DNA of 64,000 bases, from contig JAOABK010000006.1 in the NCBI GenBank assembly GCA_026418415.1, forward strand, positions 7,688-71,687, in the 5' to 3' direction. The notes under the pieces were generated by a model. That model did no database searches. It worked only from the letters and a program-made list of their open reading frames with translations, and was not told the DNA's origin. The translations under genes were made by a program, and so were the position numbers. Position 1 is the stretch's first letter; the number at the start of each line of letters is the position of its first letter. Origin of the DNA: Pseudomonadota bacterium (GTDB lineage: Bacteria > CALINM01). Of this stretch, positions 29,134 through 39,513 are shown piece after piece.

Positions 29134-30816
29134 ATGAAAAAATTATTTATAGTGTTATTTATAATCTTTTTATCATCAACAACTTCATATGCTGCGAGAA
29201 GTTTTACAGTTGCTAATTTAGCTGGAGCTACAGTTGATTTTTATATGCGCGATACTGTAGCTATGACCCTACGTGTTACAAATACGAACACAGGTGCTGA
29301 TATTAATGATGGTATAAGACAGGTCAGATTTACTTTTCCCGCTGGAATGAAAGTTAACACAACAGGTAATATTGCACCATCAGGCTGGACTGTATCAAAT
29401 GTAGACTCAGTAAGAAATAGGATAACTTTTGATGCAAACAATAGTTCTTATTACTTTACTGCTAATAATTATAGGGATTTTATTATTAGTTTGACAGTTC
29501 AACCTTCAACTAATGATATTATGTCTGAGAATTTATCATCAGTTCGAGTGGTGTATGCTTCATCAAATAGGACGACATTAAATAATTTGGGTGTTTCTTG
29601 GAATAGGCGAGGACTCAAGATTCAAAGTATAGTTGCCTCTCCAGATCTTCTTGTCTCAGGAGATCCTTTTACTCTTACAATTACCGTTCAAAATGTTTCC
29701 TCTGCAACTCAGACAAATATTACTGCGAACCCAAACCCACCAAGTGAGACTTCAACTGGTGGTTTCAATCCATCTACAACAAGTAATCCCGTAATTGGAA
29801 CTTTAGGATTCCTCCAAACAGGAACACTCGTGTACAACTATACAACCCTAACAACCGATGAAGGTAGTGTATATTTTTCTTGTAATGTAAGAAATGGAGC
29901 AAGCAATACATCAGGCATTTCAGTAAATTCTAATACTGTTTATATCGGAAGATTCACTGCAAGTATAAGTTACTCTCCAGAATGTCCATTAAGCGGAGAA
30001 ACAATAAATGTAACCATGACAGTAACAAATAATAATGTCTTTAGCCTTACAAATGTAACACCTACTTTAACACCTTCTGGTACTGCAACATTAGTAAAAT
30101 TGTCTGGACCTACTCCAGCATCAGTTGCTACTTTAAATAGTGGTAGTAGCGCTTCATTTACTTACACTTATCAAATAACTGGTGCTTTTGATTCAAATTT
30201 CTATTTTTCTGGTTATGCTATAGGAACTAAAAACACGCCTCCAGTTGGTACAAGACAAACGCCTACTTATAATACACCAATGAGATATGTTAGGGAATAT
30301 TCTTTAGATATTTCTCCTGATTTTGTATTAAGTGGAGTGAAAAGTTACTACTTAAAATTTACATTAAATAATAGAGTCAATAATGTTTGTGCTACAGATA
30401 ATAACTATAATATAAAAAGAGTTACAATCACTATGCCTTCGGGATTTAGTTACTCTTTAAGTAATTTCTCCTATATAATTGGAAATAACATAACAGATAT
30501 CAATGATCCTAATTATGAATATTACACCGATAATTGGAATATATTGGATAATTCTGGTCAAATATCTTTTGTGTCAAATAATTCAACCTATGATTTGCCC
30601 GTTAAAAGAGATGGTTATTTTTCTTTGTTTATAACGAGTACTCCTGTAGTTTCAACAAATACAATTTATACCTTCCAAACTACTATAGAAAACGTTAAAG
30701 GTGGTCTTATAAATTATAGTGGGAGTAATGTACAGCTTAATGTAAGTCCAACACCAGCAGGGATTACTAATAAACCAACACCATCTAAAGGGGGGATCAG
30801 AGAAAGGCATGAATAA
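29134..30816 (+). CDS. secreted Thr/Ser/Asn-rich Ig-like repeat protein, putative pilus tip adhesin (PilY1/MshQ position)
   Basis: Sec signal (SYA|ARS), repeats SPxxxxSG..F/I.lTiTVxN...TNxT, beta-strand-rich; directly after the PilX-like gene. Confidence 0.7.
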   Translation: MKKLFIVLFIIFLSSTTSYAARSFTVANLAGATVDFYMRDTVAMTLRVTNTNTGADINDGIRQVRFTFPAGMKVNTTGNIAPSGWTVSNVDSVRNRITFDANNSSYYFTANNYRDFIISLTVQPSTNDIMSENLSSVRVVYASSNRTTLNNLGVSWNRRGLKIQSIVASPDLLVSGDPFTLTITVQNVSSATQTNITANPNPPSETSTGGFNPSTTSNPVIGTLGFLQTGTLVYNYTTLTTDEGSVYFSCNVRNGASNTSGISVNSNTVYIGRFTASISYSPECPLSGETINVTMTVTNNNVFSLTNVTPTLTPSGTATLVKLSGPTPASVATLNSGSSASFTYTYQITGAFDSNFYFSGYAIGTKNTPPVGTRQTPTYNTPMRYVREYSLDISPDFVLSGVKSYYLKFTLNNRVNNVCATDNNYNIKRVTITMPSGFSYSLSNFSYIIGNNITDINDPNYEYYTDNWNILDNSGQISFVSNNSTYDLPVKRDGYFSLFITSTPVVSTNTIYTFQTTIENVKGGLINYSGSNVQLNVSPTPAGITNKPTPSKGGIRERHE

Positions 30817-30867
30817 ATAAATATTGACTAAGAGGTTTATTTTTAGATATTTTATTCTAAGCAAAAT

Positions 30868-31731
30868 ATGAGCAATTTTATAGAATACTTTAAATTAAGA
30901 ACTGATCCCTTTAGTTTAACACCTAATTTTCATTTTTTTTATGGTTCTAAAAAACATATTGAGGTTTTAAAATCTCTATATGGAGGCATAATTAATAACA
31001 AAGGAGTTTTTGTCCTTACAGGTGAAGTGGGTACTGGAAAAACAATTACAAGTAGGGTCCTAATAGAAAAGCTGATAAATTATTATAATATTGCTTATAT
31101 AGTGAATCCCTTCTTATCAAAAGAAGGCATCGTAAAACAGATAGCAGAAGAATTCAAAATTCCATCAACAAATAAGAGATATGATGCATTAATAACTGAT
31201 ATACACATGTTTTTAATTGAACAGTTAAAAAAGGGTAGGGGAGCGCTTGTTTTTATAGATGAAGCGCAACATTTATCTGATGATACATTAGAAATGGTTA
31301 GAATGCTTTCTAATTTAGAAACGAAACAGACAAAACTTTTACAGTTCATTCTAATTGGTCAACAGGAATTAATAAAAAAACTATCAAAAAGAAATTTGAG
31401 GCAGATCGCTCAAAGAGTGTCGATTAAGTGTGAGTTAACGCCATTAAATCATATAGAAACCCATAATTATATTCTTCATCGTCTGAAAATAGCTGGTGGG
31501 CTTGGTAAGGTAGAATTTAGCAAACTTGCAATTTATAATATTTATAAGCTAACAAAGGGCTTTCCAAGAACTTTGAATATTTTAATGTATCACATACTTT
31601 CTAAAGCAGCTGAAAAAGAACAACATATTATTGACGTAAATTTAGTCAAGGAAGCCTATAAAAATACTCTTCCTCTTCCCCTTAGGGTTTTGCCTTTTTC
31701 TTTAGCTAAAGCAATTAGAGGTTGGTTATGA
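30868..31731 (+). CDS. ExeA/MshM-family AAA ATPase (no peptidoglycan-binding C-terminal domain)
   Basis: PFSLTP, LTGEVGTGKT, IDEAQHL, LIGQQEL, YILHRL, GFPRTLN. Confidence 0.9.
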   Translation: MSNFIEYFKLRTDPFSLTPNFHFFYGSKKHIEVLKSLYGGIINNKGVFVLTGEVGTGKTITSRVLIEKLINYYNIAYIVNPFLSKEGIVKQIAEEFKIPSTNKRYDALITDIHMFLIEQLKKGRGALVFIDEAQHLSDDTLEMVRMLSNLETKQTKLLQFILIGQQELIKKLSKRNLRQIAQRVSIKCELTPLNHIETHNYILHRLKIAGGLGKVEFSKLAIYNIYKLTKGFPRTLNILMYHILSKAAEKEQHIIDVNLVKEAYKNTLPLPLRVLPFSLAKAIRGWL

Positions 31732-32450
31732 GCAAAACCTATGAAGAAATCAAAGATATAGAAATTAATCATAATAAGAATGGCGAAGAAGAATTAGATG
31801 AGATTGATATAATTGATGGTAAAGAAGAAAAAAAACCCTTATATTCTAAAACAGTTAAGGTCCTTATTTTATTAATTGCATTAATTGCCGCAATTTATGT
31901 GGGTTATTATTTGGGCGGGCTTTATAAAAAGAGAGCCAATATTTCAATCAAACAAGAATCTGGCTTAATAACTAATTTTAAAAAAGATGAAGAAATGAAG
32001 CATATAACTAAATTTGAATTTATAGCTATTGAAGGGACAAAGAGAGAGTTAGAAAAAAAATTAGAAGAACTAATTAGTATAAAAAACAAAGATAATTTAA
32101 CAAATAACAATATAGCTTTGATTTTAGCTGAATTAGGAAACTATAATGAAGCTCTTACCTACGCTGAAAAATTAATTATTACAGAACCCAATAATCCCTA
32201 TTTTTGGAACACCTTCGGTATTATTTTAACCTATCTAAATCTATTTGATGATGCTGAGAAATCATTTAAAAAAGCAATAAACTTAAAGGGTGATGAAGGT
32301 GTTTTTTACTATAATTTAGGCAATCTTTATGAAAGAGAAGGCAAATATGATTTAGCTAAAGAGCAGTATTTATATTATCTTTCAAAAGGTGATAAATATA
32401 ATTCAAATAATGAAAGAAGAATTAAACAAAAAATTTCAAAGGGAATATGA
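31728..32450 (+). CDS. membrane-anchored TPR protein (MshN-like)
   Basis: MSKTYEEIK N-terminus, one TM, TPRs (FWNTFGIIL, FYYNLGNLYE); follows the ExeA-like ATPase. Confidence 0.7.
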   Translation: MSKTYEEIKDIEINHNKNGEEELDEIDIIDGKEEKKPLYSKTVKVLILLIALIAAIYVGYYLGGLYKKRANISIKQESGLITNFKKDEEMKHITKFEFIAIEGTKRELEKKLEELISIKNKDNLTNNNIALILAELGNYNEALTYAEKLIITEPNNPYFWNTFGIILTYLNLFDDAEKSFKKAINLKGDEGVFYYNLGNLYEREGKYDLAKEQYLYYLSKGDKYNSNNERRIKQKISKGI

Positions 32451-33424
32451 AATTTTTCATGAAAAGAAAAGTAACTGGAATTGATTTTGGAAGCAAGACC
32501 ATAAAAATTGTTTCCACTAAATTTATTAAAAATAGAATTTCTGTAGATAAAGCCCTAATAATTGAAAAACCAAAGCAAATTGGAAATGAAAAAGATTATA
32601 AAGTAAACTTTAGTTTAGTAAATGAATCTGCTCGTAGAAAAGGTATTTCTCTGAATAATGTTGCTATTTGTTGTCCTAATAACTTGTATACCTCAGTAAA
32701 TTTAGTATTACCAAAAATGAAAAAACAACAAGATATTAAATCTGCCATATTGTGGGAATTAAAAGATAGATATGGAATGGAACCTACAGAAATAAATTTT
32801 GATTACTTTATTAATGATATATCTGAAGATCAAAAGATAGAGTATCAAATATATTTTGTAGACAAGAAATCTATTGAAGAAATTCAAAAGGAGGCCCAAA
32901 AATTTAACATAAATATCAAGTATATAAATATCGATCATGTAGCATATGCTATATGTTTTAACAATTTGTATACACAGGATGAGAATATAAAAGTTTTACT
33001 TGATATAGGATACCAAAAAAGTATTATTATTTTTCTATCCAAAGATAAAATTTTGTTCATGCGCGAACTTGGATTGGGATTAATAAATATAATAAATCAA
33101 CTAACTGAAGAAGAAATTAGAAATATGAAGATAAAAGGAATATCAGGTTATGATAATGAAAACATAAAAAATTATATTACAGAGGTTTTATTTGAAATAT
33201 CAAAAACTATAGATTATTTCATAAATGGACTTAAATATCCTGGACCAACTTCGATATTTTGTAATGGTGGTTTTTTTTCAATACCAGGCATTTTTCAGTT
33301 TTTTAAAGATAATTTGCCTTATCCAGTAATTTTGAATAATGTTTTAAAACTTGCAAATTACGAAGGTGAATATAAAAATTTTGGATATATTTTTCATTTA
33401 GCATTAGGTGTTTCTATTTTATGA
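32447..33424 (+). CDS. pilM: PilM/MshI-like actin-fold assembly protein
   Basis: GIDFGSKTIKIV, LLDIG, NGGFFSIPG, ALGVSI. Confidence 0.8.
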   Translation: MKFFMKRKVTGIDFGSKTIKIVSTKFIKNRISVDKALIIEKPKQIGNEKDYKVNFSLVNESARRKGISLNNVAICCPNNLYTSVNLVLPKMKKQQDIKSAILWELKDRYGMEPTEINFDYFINDISEDQKIEYQIYFVDKKSIEEIQKEAQKFNINIKYINIDHVAYAICFNNLYTQDENIKVLLDIGYQKSIIIFLSKDKILFMRELGLGLINIINQLTEEEIRNMKIKGISGYDNENIKNYITEVLFEISKTIDYFINGLKYPGPTSIFCNGGFFSIPGIFQFFKDNLPYPVILNNVLKLANYEGEYKNFGYIFHLALGVSIL

Positions 33425-33951
33425 GACCTATAAATCTTGCAACTAAACCAAAATTATATCCCTTAACCCAAAAAATTCAATCAAGGCTTTCTGTATTGAT
33501 TTTTTTGCTACTGATTGTATATTTCTCTTTAAAAATTTTATTCCTAAACTATAAACAAAAAGAGCTGGCAAAAGATATAGATTTAATTAATAAAGAGTTA
33601 ATACAAATTAGAGAAATGATTAGTCAAAGACAACAGGTTTTAGAATTAAAAAAAAGTATTGAAAAAGAATTTTCTATTAACATAGATAAAAATATGATTA
33701 CCAATAATTCATTTATATCCCAATTATTTAACTCTCTTTCACAAATTACCCCAGAAAACATTTGGATTACTTCTTTAGAATTGAAATATGGAGATGAAAA
33801 GTTTATCAGGATTTCAGGGAAGAGTAAAATCAAAGGTGATATTTTTATCTTTATGGATAATTTAAAAAAGATATACAGGGATGTTAATTTAATTAGTATG
33901 CAGAATACAGAGAATAGTATATACAATTTCCAATTGAGGCTCGACATCTGA
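33421..33951 (+). CDS. pilN: PilN-like assembly protein
   Basis: INL N-terminal motif, TM, coiled coil, TPENIWITSL. Confidence 0.82.
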   Translation: MRPINLATKPKLYPLTQKIQSRLSVLIFLLLIVYFSLKILFLNYKQKELAKDIDLINKELIQIREMISQRQQVLELKKSIEKEFSINIDKNMITNNSFISQLFNSLSQITPENIWITSLELKYGDEKFIRISGKSKIKGDIFIFMDNLKKIYRDVNLISMQNTENSIYNFQLRLDI

Positions 33952-34496
33952 TGAAAAAATATTTAGATTTTATAAAAAATCATAGAATATTAATTTACTC
34001 AATCTTGTTAGGAGGTTTTTTATTTTTTGCAATAAACAAATTTTATATCAATAAAATTGAAGAAAAGAATATTAAAATGCTTACAGAAAGAGAAAATCTA
34101 ATTAAACAAAAAAATGAATTACTTAATTTAATTGCCAGTTTGAAAAAAGAAAATGAAGCATTAGAAAAAGAAAATATAACATTAAAGGATATTTTACTAT
34201 TTAAAACAAAAATTTTAGATATGAAAAACAAGGCTATTTTTTTTAATCACATAAGTAATTTTAATGGTATATTACTCGAAAGCATAGTGCCAGGAAACAT
34301 AGATAAAAGTTCTCCAAATTTATTCAAGTGGACAATTAATATAAGTATAAGAGGTAGCTATAGAGAAATAAAAAATTACATTGATTATTTAAATAAACTT
34401 CCCTATTTAATTATTATTAACAGATTAGAAATGAGCAAAAACCCCCAAAAGCCAATAAATTCTGCTCAAATAACACTGGAGGTGTTATGCAGATAA
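33951..34496 (+). CDS. pilO: PilO/MshJ-like assembly protein
   Basis: TM, coiled coil, ISIRGSYREIKNYIDYLNKLP. Confidence 0.8.
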   Translation: MKKYLDFIKNHRILIYSILLGGFLFFAINKFYINKIEEKNIKMLTERENLIKQKNELLNLIASLKKENEALEKENITLKDILLFKTKILDMKNKAIFFNHISNFNGILLESIVPGNIDKSSPNLFKWTINISIRGSYREIKNYIDYLNKLPYLIIINRLEMSKNPQKPINSAQITLEVLCR

Positions 34497-34855
34497 AAAA
34501 ATTATCTTTCCTTATCATAATAATGATTTTATATCCCTATTTACTTAGGAGCGAGAATAGAGTTATGTATATTGGTTACTTAAAACCCTATGAGAGAGGA
34601 GAGGCGAAAAAGAGTTTTCGGTTAGATCCAACGGAGGAACCCAAGATAAAAATTGGTATAGAAAAGGAACCCATTAAGCCAGATAATCTCGATTTAAAGG
34701 GGATATTATATAATCCAAAGGAAAAAAGAGCTTTTATTAATGAAGAGCTTTATAAAGAAGGTGAAATAGTAGAGGGTTATAGGGTTAATAAGATACTTCC
34801 AGACAAAGTTATAATGATTAAAAATAATACCCAATTTGAACTTAAAATTGAATAA
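34487..34855 (+). CDS. PilP/MshK/GspB-like periplasmic assembly protein
   Basis: RLDPT..P, LKGILY...AFIN....EG..V.G..V.KI..D.V motif; precedes the secretin. Confidence 0.7.
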   Translation: MQIKKLSFLIIIMILYPYLLRSENRVMYIGYLKPYERGEAKKSFRLDPTEEPKIKIGIEKEPIKPDNLDLKGILYNPKEKRAFINEELYKEGEIVEGYRVNKILPDKVIMIKNNTQFELKIE

Positions 34856-34868
34856 AAGGGGCTTTTTC

Positions 34869-36164
34869 ATGAAAAGGTTAATTATAATTTTTTTAATTAT
34901 AACAAGCATAAACCAATCATTAGCTAACACAGATACCAATACTATACTTAATGAAACAGAAAAAAAATACACACTCAACTTCAAAACTCAACCCATATCA
35001 GAGGTTTTGAGAGCATTGGCAAAGCAAGCGTCATTAAATATCATATTACCAGATAACATGCCAGAAAATATTAGTATTTCTCTTAACAATGTAACTTTAA
35101 AAAGCGCTATTGAGTCAATTCTTTTGTCAAGAGGTTATAATTACAAAATAGAAAACAACATCTTGAGAGTTTATAAAGATGAATATAAACCAAAAGTTGT
35201 CATGGAAGTTATTAATTTGCAGTATGCAAATGCTAATACAATAGCAGGAACCCTTTCAAAAATGTTTAGCTCAGCTTCCATACAACATGATGTCTCTACA
35301 AACTCCTTAATAATTAAAGATGAGGAGAGTGTTGTTTCTGAGATAAAAAAAATTATACAAAGACTTGATGTTAGAACAAAACAGGTTCTAATAGAAGCAA
35401 AGATAGTAAATGCTACTGAATCCTTTAGTAGAGATTTGGGGATTCAGTGGGGTGGTTTTTTTAGTAATAGCTCTCAGTCAAATAAAATTTTTGGGATAAG
35501 TCCGAACACCTCAGGCACCACAACAACCTTTGGAACTTCGAATCCGGGAGATAATTTCGTTATAAATGCTCCAATACAAACAACTCCAATAGGAAACTTA
35601 GGGATTATTATAGGAAGCCTACATAAAAACTTAAGAATAGACCTGGCTCTACAGTTAGCGGAACAAAAAGGACAGGCAAAGATTGTATCTTCGCCAAAGA
35701 TACTAACGCTTGATAATAAAAGAGCAACTATCCGAAGTGGGGCAACCCTTAGAATTCGTTCTATACCACTCGGATCTTCCGTAACATCAGGTGTAACAGC
35801 TACAGTTGAGACAATTAATACTGGTGTAGAGTTAGGTGTTACTCCACAAATAACAGGAGATGATAACATTACTCTAACAGTTGATGTAGGACAAAGCGAA
35901 CCCAATTTTGATAGAAAGGTTGAAAATATTCCAGAGGTCCAGGATCAAAGAGCCTCAACATCTATACTCCTTAAAGATGGAGAAACAGTAGTAATAGGTG
36001 GACTATATAGAGTTATAGAAGGAGAAACAGTTACAGGAATCCCATTCCTTTCTGATTTGCCTTTTATTGGTTGGTTATTTAAATCTAAAAGCAAAGAAAA
36101 AAGAAATGAGGAGTTAATGATTTTCTTGACTCCTAGAATTATCAAAGAAACAGCAAAAAATTAA
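34869..36164 (+). CDS. short type IV pilus secretin (PilQ/MshL-like)
   Basis: Signal peptide, N-domain, QVLIEAKIV, LGIQWG, SSPKILTLDN, GETVVIGGL, IPFLSDLPFIGWLF, ELMIFLTPRII. Confidence 0.92.
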   Translation: MKRLIIIFLIITSINQSLANTDTNTILNETEKKYTLNFKTQPISEVLRALAKQASLNIILPDNMPENISISLNNVTLKSAIESILLSRGYNYKIENNILRVYKDEYKPKVVMEVINLQYANANTIAGTLSKMFSSASIQHDVSTNSLIIKDEESVVSEIKKIIQRLDVRTKQVLIEAKIVNATESFSRDLGIQWGGFFSNSSQSNKIFGISPNTSGTTTTFGTSNPGDNFVINAPIQTTPIGNLGIIIGSLHKNLRIDLALQLAEQKGQAKIVSSPKILTLDNKRATIRSGATLRIRSIPLGSSVTSGVTATVETINTGVELGVTPQITGDDNITLTVDVGQSEPNFDRKVENIPEVQDQRASTSILLKDGETVVIGGLYRVIEGETVTGIPFLSDLPFIGWLFKSKSKEKRNEELMIFLTPRIIKETAKN

Positions 36165-36880
36165 CCGCCAAGGTAGGCTTTTATAATTTGAGGATCATTT
36201 TCTATCTGTTCTGATTCACCACTTAAAACTATTTTTCCTGTTTCCATGACGAATGCTTTATTTGAATATTTAAGAGCTAATTTTGCATTTTGTTCAACTA
36301 GAATAATGGTAATCTTTTTATCATTATTTATGTTTTTTATTAATTCAAAGATTTCATTAGTTATTTTAGGAGATAGCCCCATGGATGGTTCGTCAAGAAG
36401 AAGTAATTTAGGATTACTCATAAGTGCACGTCCTATTGCTAACATCTGCTGCTCACCACCAGAAAGTGTACCTGCAAATTGTTTTATGCGTTCTTTTAAC
36501 CTTGGAAAAAGTTTTAAAACAAAGTCATAAAGTTCAGAAAATATTTTTTTATTTTTCAATGAATATCCACCAATATCCAAATTTTCTTTAACCGTGAGAT
36601 TGGGAAAGATTCTTCTACCTTCGGGAACCATAGTTATTCCATGCTTAACTATTAAATCAGTAGATAGTCTAAGCAAATTAATACCTTTAAAATTAATTTT
36701 CCCTTTCAAAGGTTTTATAAAACCACATATAGTTTTTAATAATGTACTTTTCCCTGCACCATTTGCACCAATAAGGGAAATAATCTCTCCCTCTGTTGCG
36801 CTTAAGGATATATCTTCAAGTGCTTTTATTGCTCCATAATTAACGTATAGATTTCTTACTTCAAAGAATTTCTCAGACAT
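36161..36880 (-). CDS. livF: branched-chain amino acid ABC ATPase
   Basis: GANGAGKST, VPEGRRIF, LSGGEQQMLAIGRAL, VEQNA, AYLGG. Confidence 0.95.
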   Translation of the reverse strand: MSEKFFEVRNLYVNYGAIKALEDISLSATEGEIISLIGANGAGKSTLLKTICGFIKPLKGKINFKGINLLRLSTDLIVKHGITMVPEGRRIFPNLTVKENLDIGGYSLKNKKIFSELYDFVLKLFPRLKERIKQFAGTLSGGEQQMLAIGRALMSNPKLLLLDEPSMGLSPKITNEIFELIKNINNDKKITIILVEQNAKLALKYSNKAFVMETGKIVLSGESEQIENDPQIIKAYLGG

Positions 36881-37641
36881 TATAGAGCTCCTAAGTAAGC
36901 TTCTATTACTTTAGGGTTACTTTTAATTTCTTTAGGAGTACCCTCTGCAATTTTCTCACCAAAGTCCATAACAATAATCCTTTCTGAAATATTCATAACA
37001 AGTTCCATTTGATGTTCAATAAGCAATATAGTAATGTCAAAAGTATTTCTTATTTTCTTTAAAGTCTCCATTAGATCGTTTATTTCTGTTAGATTCATAC
37101 CCGCCGCTGGTTCATCAATAAGTAATATTTTTGGTTCAGTTGCAAGTGCTCTTGCAAGTTCTAATTTTCTTTGTTCACCATAGGGTAGATTACCAGCATA
37201 AAAATGTTCTTTATTTAATAGGCCAAAAAAATCAAGAAAACCTCTGGCGCTTTCTTTTGCTTTTTTTGTGATTTCTGCGTATTTTCTTGTTCTAAATACG
37301 CTATCAATGATTCCATATTCATGCTTGCTCAAAAAGGCAACTATTACATTTTCTAAAACTGTTAAATTTTTAAAAAGTCTTAAATTTTGAAAGGTCCTAC
37401 CAATGCCTAATCTGCTTAATTTATGAGACTTAAAACCAGTTATATCTTGACTATTAAAAAATATTTTTCCCTCATTGGGTATATAAAATCCAGAAATCAG
37501 GTTAAAAACTGTTGTTTTACCTGCGCCATTTGGACCTATAATACTTAGAATTTCTCCTTTTTTTACAATAAAAGATAAATTATTTACTGCCTTAATACCA
37601 CCGAAATACTTTGAGACATTTTTTAGCTCTAATAAATTCAC
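36880..37641 (-). CDS. livG: branched-chain amino acid ABC ATPase
   Basis: [36 protein letters not shown]; GTG start. Confidence 0.95.
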   Translation of the reverse strand: MNLLELKNVSKYFGGIKAVNNLSFIVKKGEILSIIGPNGAGKTTVFNLISGFYIPNEGKIFFNSQDITGFKSHKLSRLGIGRTFQNLRLFKNLTVLENVIVAFLSKHEYGIIDSVFRTRKYAEITKKAKESARGFLDFFGLLNKEHFYAGNLPYGEQRKLELARALATEPKILLIDEPAAGMNLTEINDLMETLKKIRNTFDITILLIEHQMELVMNISERIIVMDFGEKIAEGTPKEIKSNPKVIEAYLGAL

Positions 37642-37642
37642 A

Positions 37643-38584
37643 TTAGTATCCTTCTTTTTTTACCATTAAACCATATGGTCTTATCATCATAATTAAAATC
37701 AAAATTATTGGTATTAAGACCCATCTATATTCGAGAATTTCTGAAGGCAGAATTATCCTTAAACCTTCTATGAAGAAAACCCAAAAAAGTCCTGCTATGA
37801 TAGTACCACTAATACTACCCATGCCACCTATAATAACTATTATCAAAAAATCTATTGACTTTAAAATATCAAAATTAGAGGGATGTAAAAAAGTATAAAG
37901 ATGAGCATACAAACCACCTGCAATACCTGCAAGAAAACAGCCATAAATAAAGGCAATTAGTTTTGCAATAAATGTATTAACTCCAATACTACTTGCAGCG
38001 AGCTCATCATTTTTAATGGCTCTCCAAAAAAGCCCAAAACGAGAGTCTATAAGATTTTTTGTAATAATTATAAAAAAAACTGTTATGAAAAAAGATAATT
38101 CTAAATTCGTGATTTTGTTTATTCCTACAAATCCCCGAGAGCCACCGAGTACTTCAGAAATTCTGTCAGAATTATCTAATATAACCCTTACAAGTATTCC
38201 AAAACCTAAAGTCGCAATGGCTAAAAAATCATCCTTAAGCCTTAAAATAGGACCACCAATAATATAAGCAATAAATGCAGTAAAAATTCCAGCTAAGAAT
38301 ATAACTGGTATCAAACCATAATAACTTTCAATTTCTAAAACTTTTGATAGGTAAGCAGAAGTGTATGCACCTATGCCATAAAAAGCTGCATGCCCTAATG
38401 AAAACTGCCCTGTAAAGCCATATATTACATTTAGTCCTAAAGAACTTAGAACAATTATAAAAGAGTATAGAGTTATTTGAATCATGTAATCGGTTGGTAG
38501 CCCAGAAAAAATAACAAGTTTTATAATTAAATAAATAAAAAGAGCCAGAAAAATTAATTTTCTTAATTCTAAAAAAAATCTCAT
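37643..38584 (-). CDS. livM: branched-chain amino acid ABC permease
   Basis: [29 protein letters not shown]. Confidence 0.93.
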   Translation of the reverse strand: MRFFLELRKLIFLALFIYLIIKLVIFSGLPTDYMIQITLYSFIIVLSSLGLNVIYGFTGQFSLGHAAFYGIGAYTSAYLSKVLEIESYYGLIPVIFLAGIFTAFIAYIIGGPILRLKDDFLAIATLGFGILVRVILDNSDRISEVLGGSRGFVGINKITNLELSFFITVFFIIITKNLIDSRFGLFWRAIKNDELAASSIGVNTFIAKLIAFIYGCFLAGIAGGLYAHLYTFLHPSNFDILKSIDFLIIVIIGGMGSISGTIIAGLFWVFFIEGLRIILPSEILEYRWVLIPIILILIMMIRPYGLMVKKEGY

Positions 38585-39471
38585 ACTTTCTCTATATTTT
38601 TCCCAAATATTCCATTTGGTCGGAATAATAGAAAAATAAATAAAATTATAAAAATAACTCCATCACGATAAGTAGAAGATAAAAAAGCAGAAACAAATAC
38701 CTCTGATATTCCAATAATAAATCCCCCAAGTACAGCACCATGTATGATACCAATGCCACCTAATACTGCGGCAATAAAAGATTTTATCCCTGGCATGATG
38801 CCCATAAAAACATTTATTTGAGGATAAGCCATTGAATAAAGTAGCCCACCTATTCCAGCTAATGCACCGCCGATACCAAAAGTGAAAGAAATTATATTAT
38901 CCGTCCTAATTCCCATCAGGCGTGTAATTTCTAAGTCGTGAGATGCAGCTCTCATGGCTATTCCATACTTTGATTTATAAATTAACAGATAAAGAAGGGC
39001 AAGTGAGATTATAGTAACAGAAAATATTATAAGATGAATATTATTTATTGAAAACATACCAATATCATAGCTTCTAATCTCAAAGGGACGCGGAAATCCT
39101 ATATAATTGGGAGTGAAAAAAGCATTTAGGCTCAAAGTATATTCAAGAAAAAGTGAAACACCTACAGCAGTAATAAGAAGAGAAATTTTTGGTGCATTTC
39201 TTAACGGCTTATAAGCTATCTTCTCAATCAGTATTGCTATAACAGCAGTTAAAAGGGAGGTGCTTAAAATTAGGATAGGAAAGGGAAGATTAAATTTTGT
39301 AATACCATAATAAGATATAAATGCACCTAACATGAAAATATCGCCATGGGCAAAGTTAATCATTCTTAAGACACCATAAACCATAGTATAACCCAAAGCA
39401 ATAAGGGCATAAACAGCGCCTAATTGTATCCCATTTATAAATTGTTGGGTTAGATATATTAAAATTTCCAT
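38581..39471 (-). CDS. livH: branched-chain amino acid ABC permease
   Basis: YALIALGYTMVYG..INFAHG, AAVLGGIG; start moved to MEILIY (39471) because the track start lies across the upstream hairpin. Confidence 0.95.
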   Translation of the reverse strand: MEILIYLTQQFINGIQLGAVYALIALGYTMVYGVLRMINFAHGDIFMLGAFISYYGITKFNLPFPILILSTSLLTAVIAILIEKIAYKPLRNAPKISLLITAVGVSLFLEYTLSLNAFFTPNYIGFPRPFEIRSYDIGMFSINNIHLIIFSVTIISLALLYLLIYKSKYGIAMRAASHDLEITRLMGIRTDNIISFTFGIGGALAGIGGLLYSMAYPQINVFMGIMPGIKSFIAAVLGGIGIIHGAVLGGFIIGISEVFVSAFLSSTYRDGVIFIILFIFLLFRPNGIFGKNIEKV

Positions 39472-39481
39472 ATTTAAAATT

Positions 39482-39508
39482 AAAAAGGGAAGGGGATAGA
39501 CCCTTCCC
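39482..39508 (-). terminator. intrinsic terminator/stabiliser hairpin after livK
   Basis: GGGAAGGG/CCCTTCCC 8-bp stem followed by a U-tract on the minus strand. Confidence 0.75.
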
Positions 39509-39513
39509 AATTT

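Noticed and set aside
30868-36164. Type II secretion system (because of the ExeA-like ATPase and secretin)
   Set aside because: PilM/N/O-like proteins, an MshA-like pilin and a PilX/adhesin pair fit a type IV pilus better; no GspC/GspL/GspG signatures seen.
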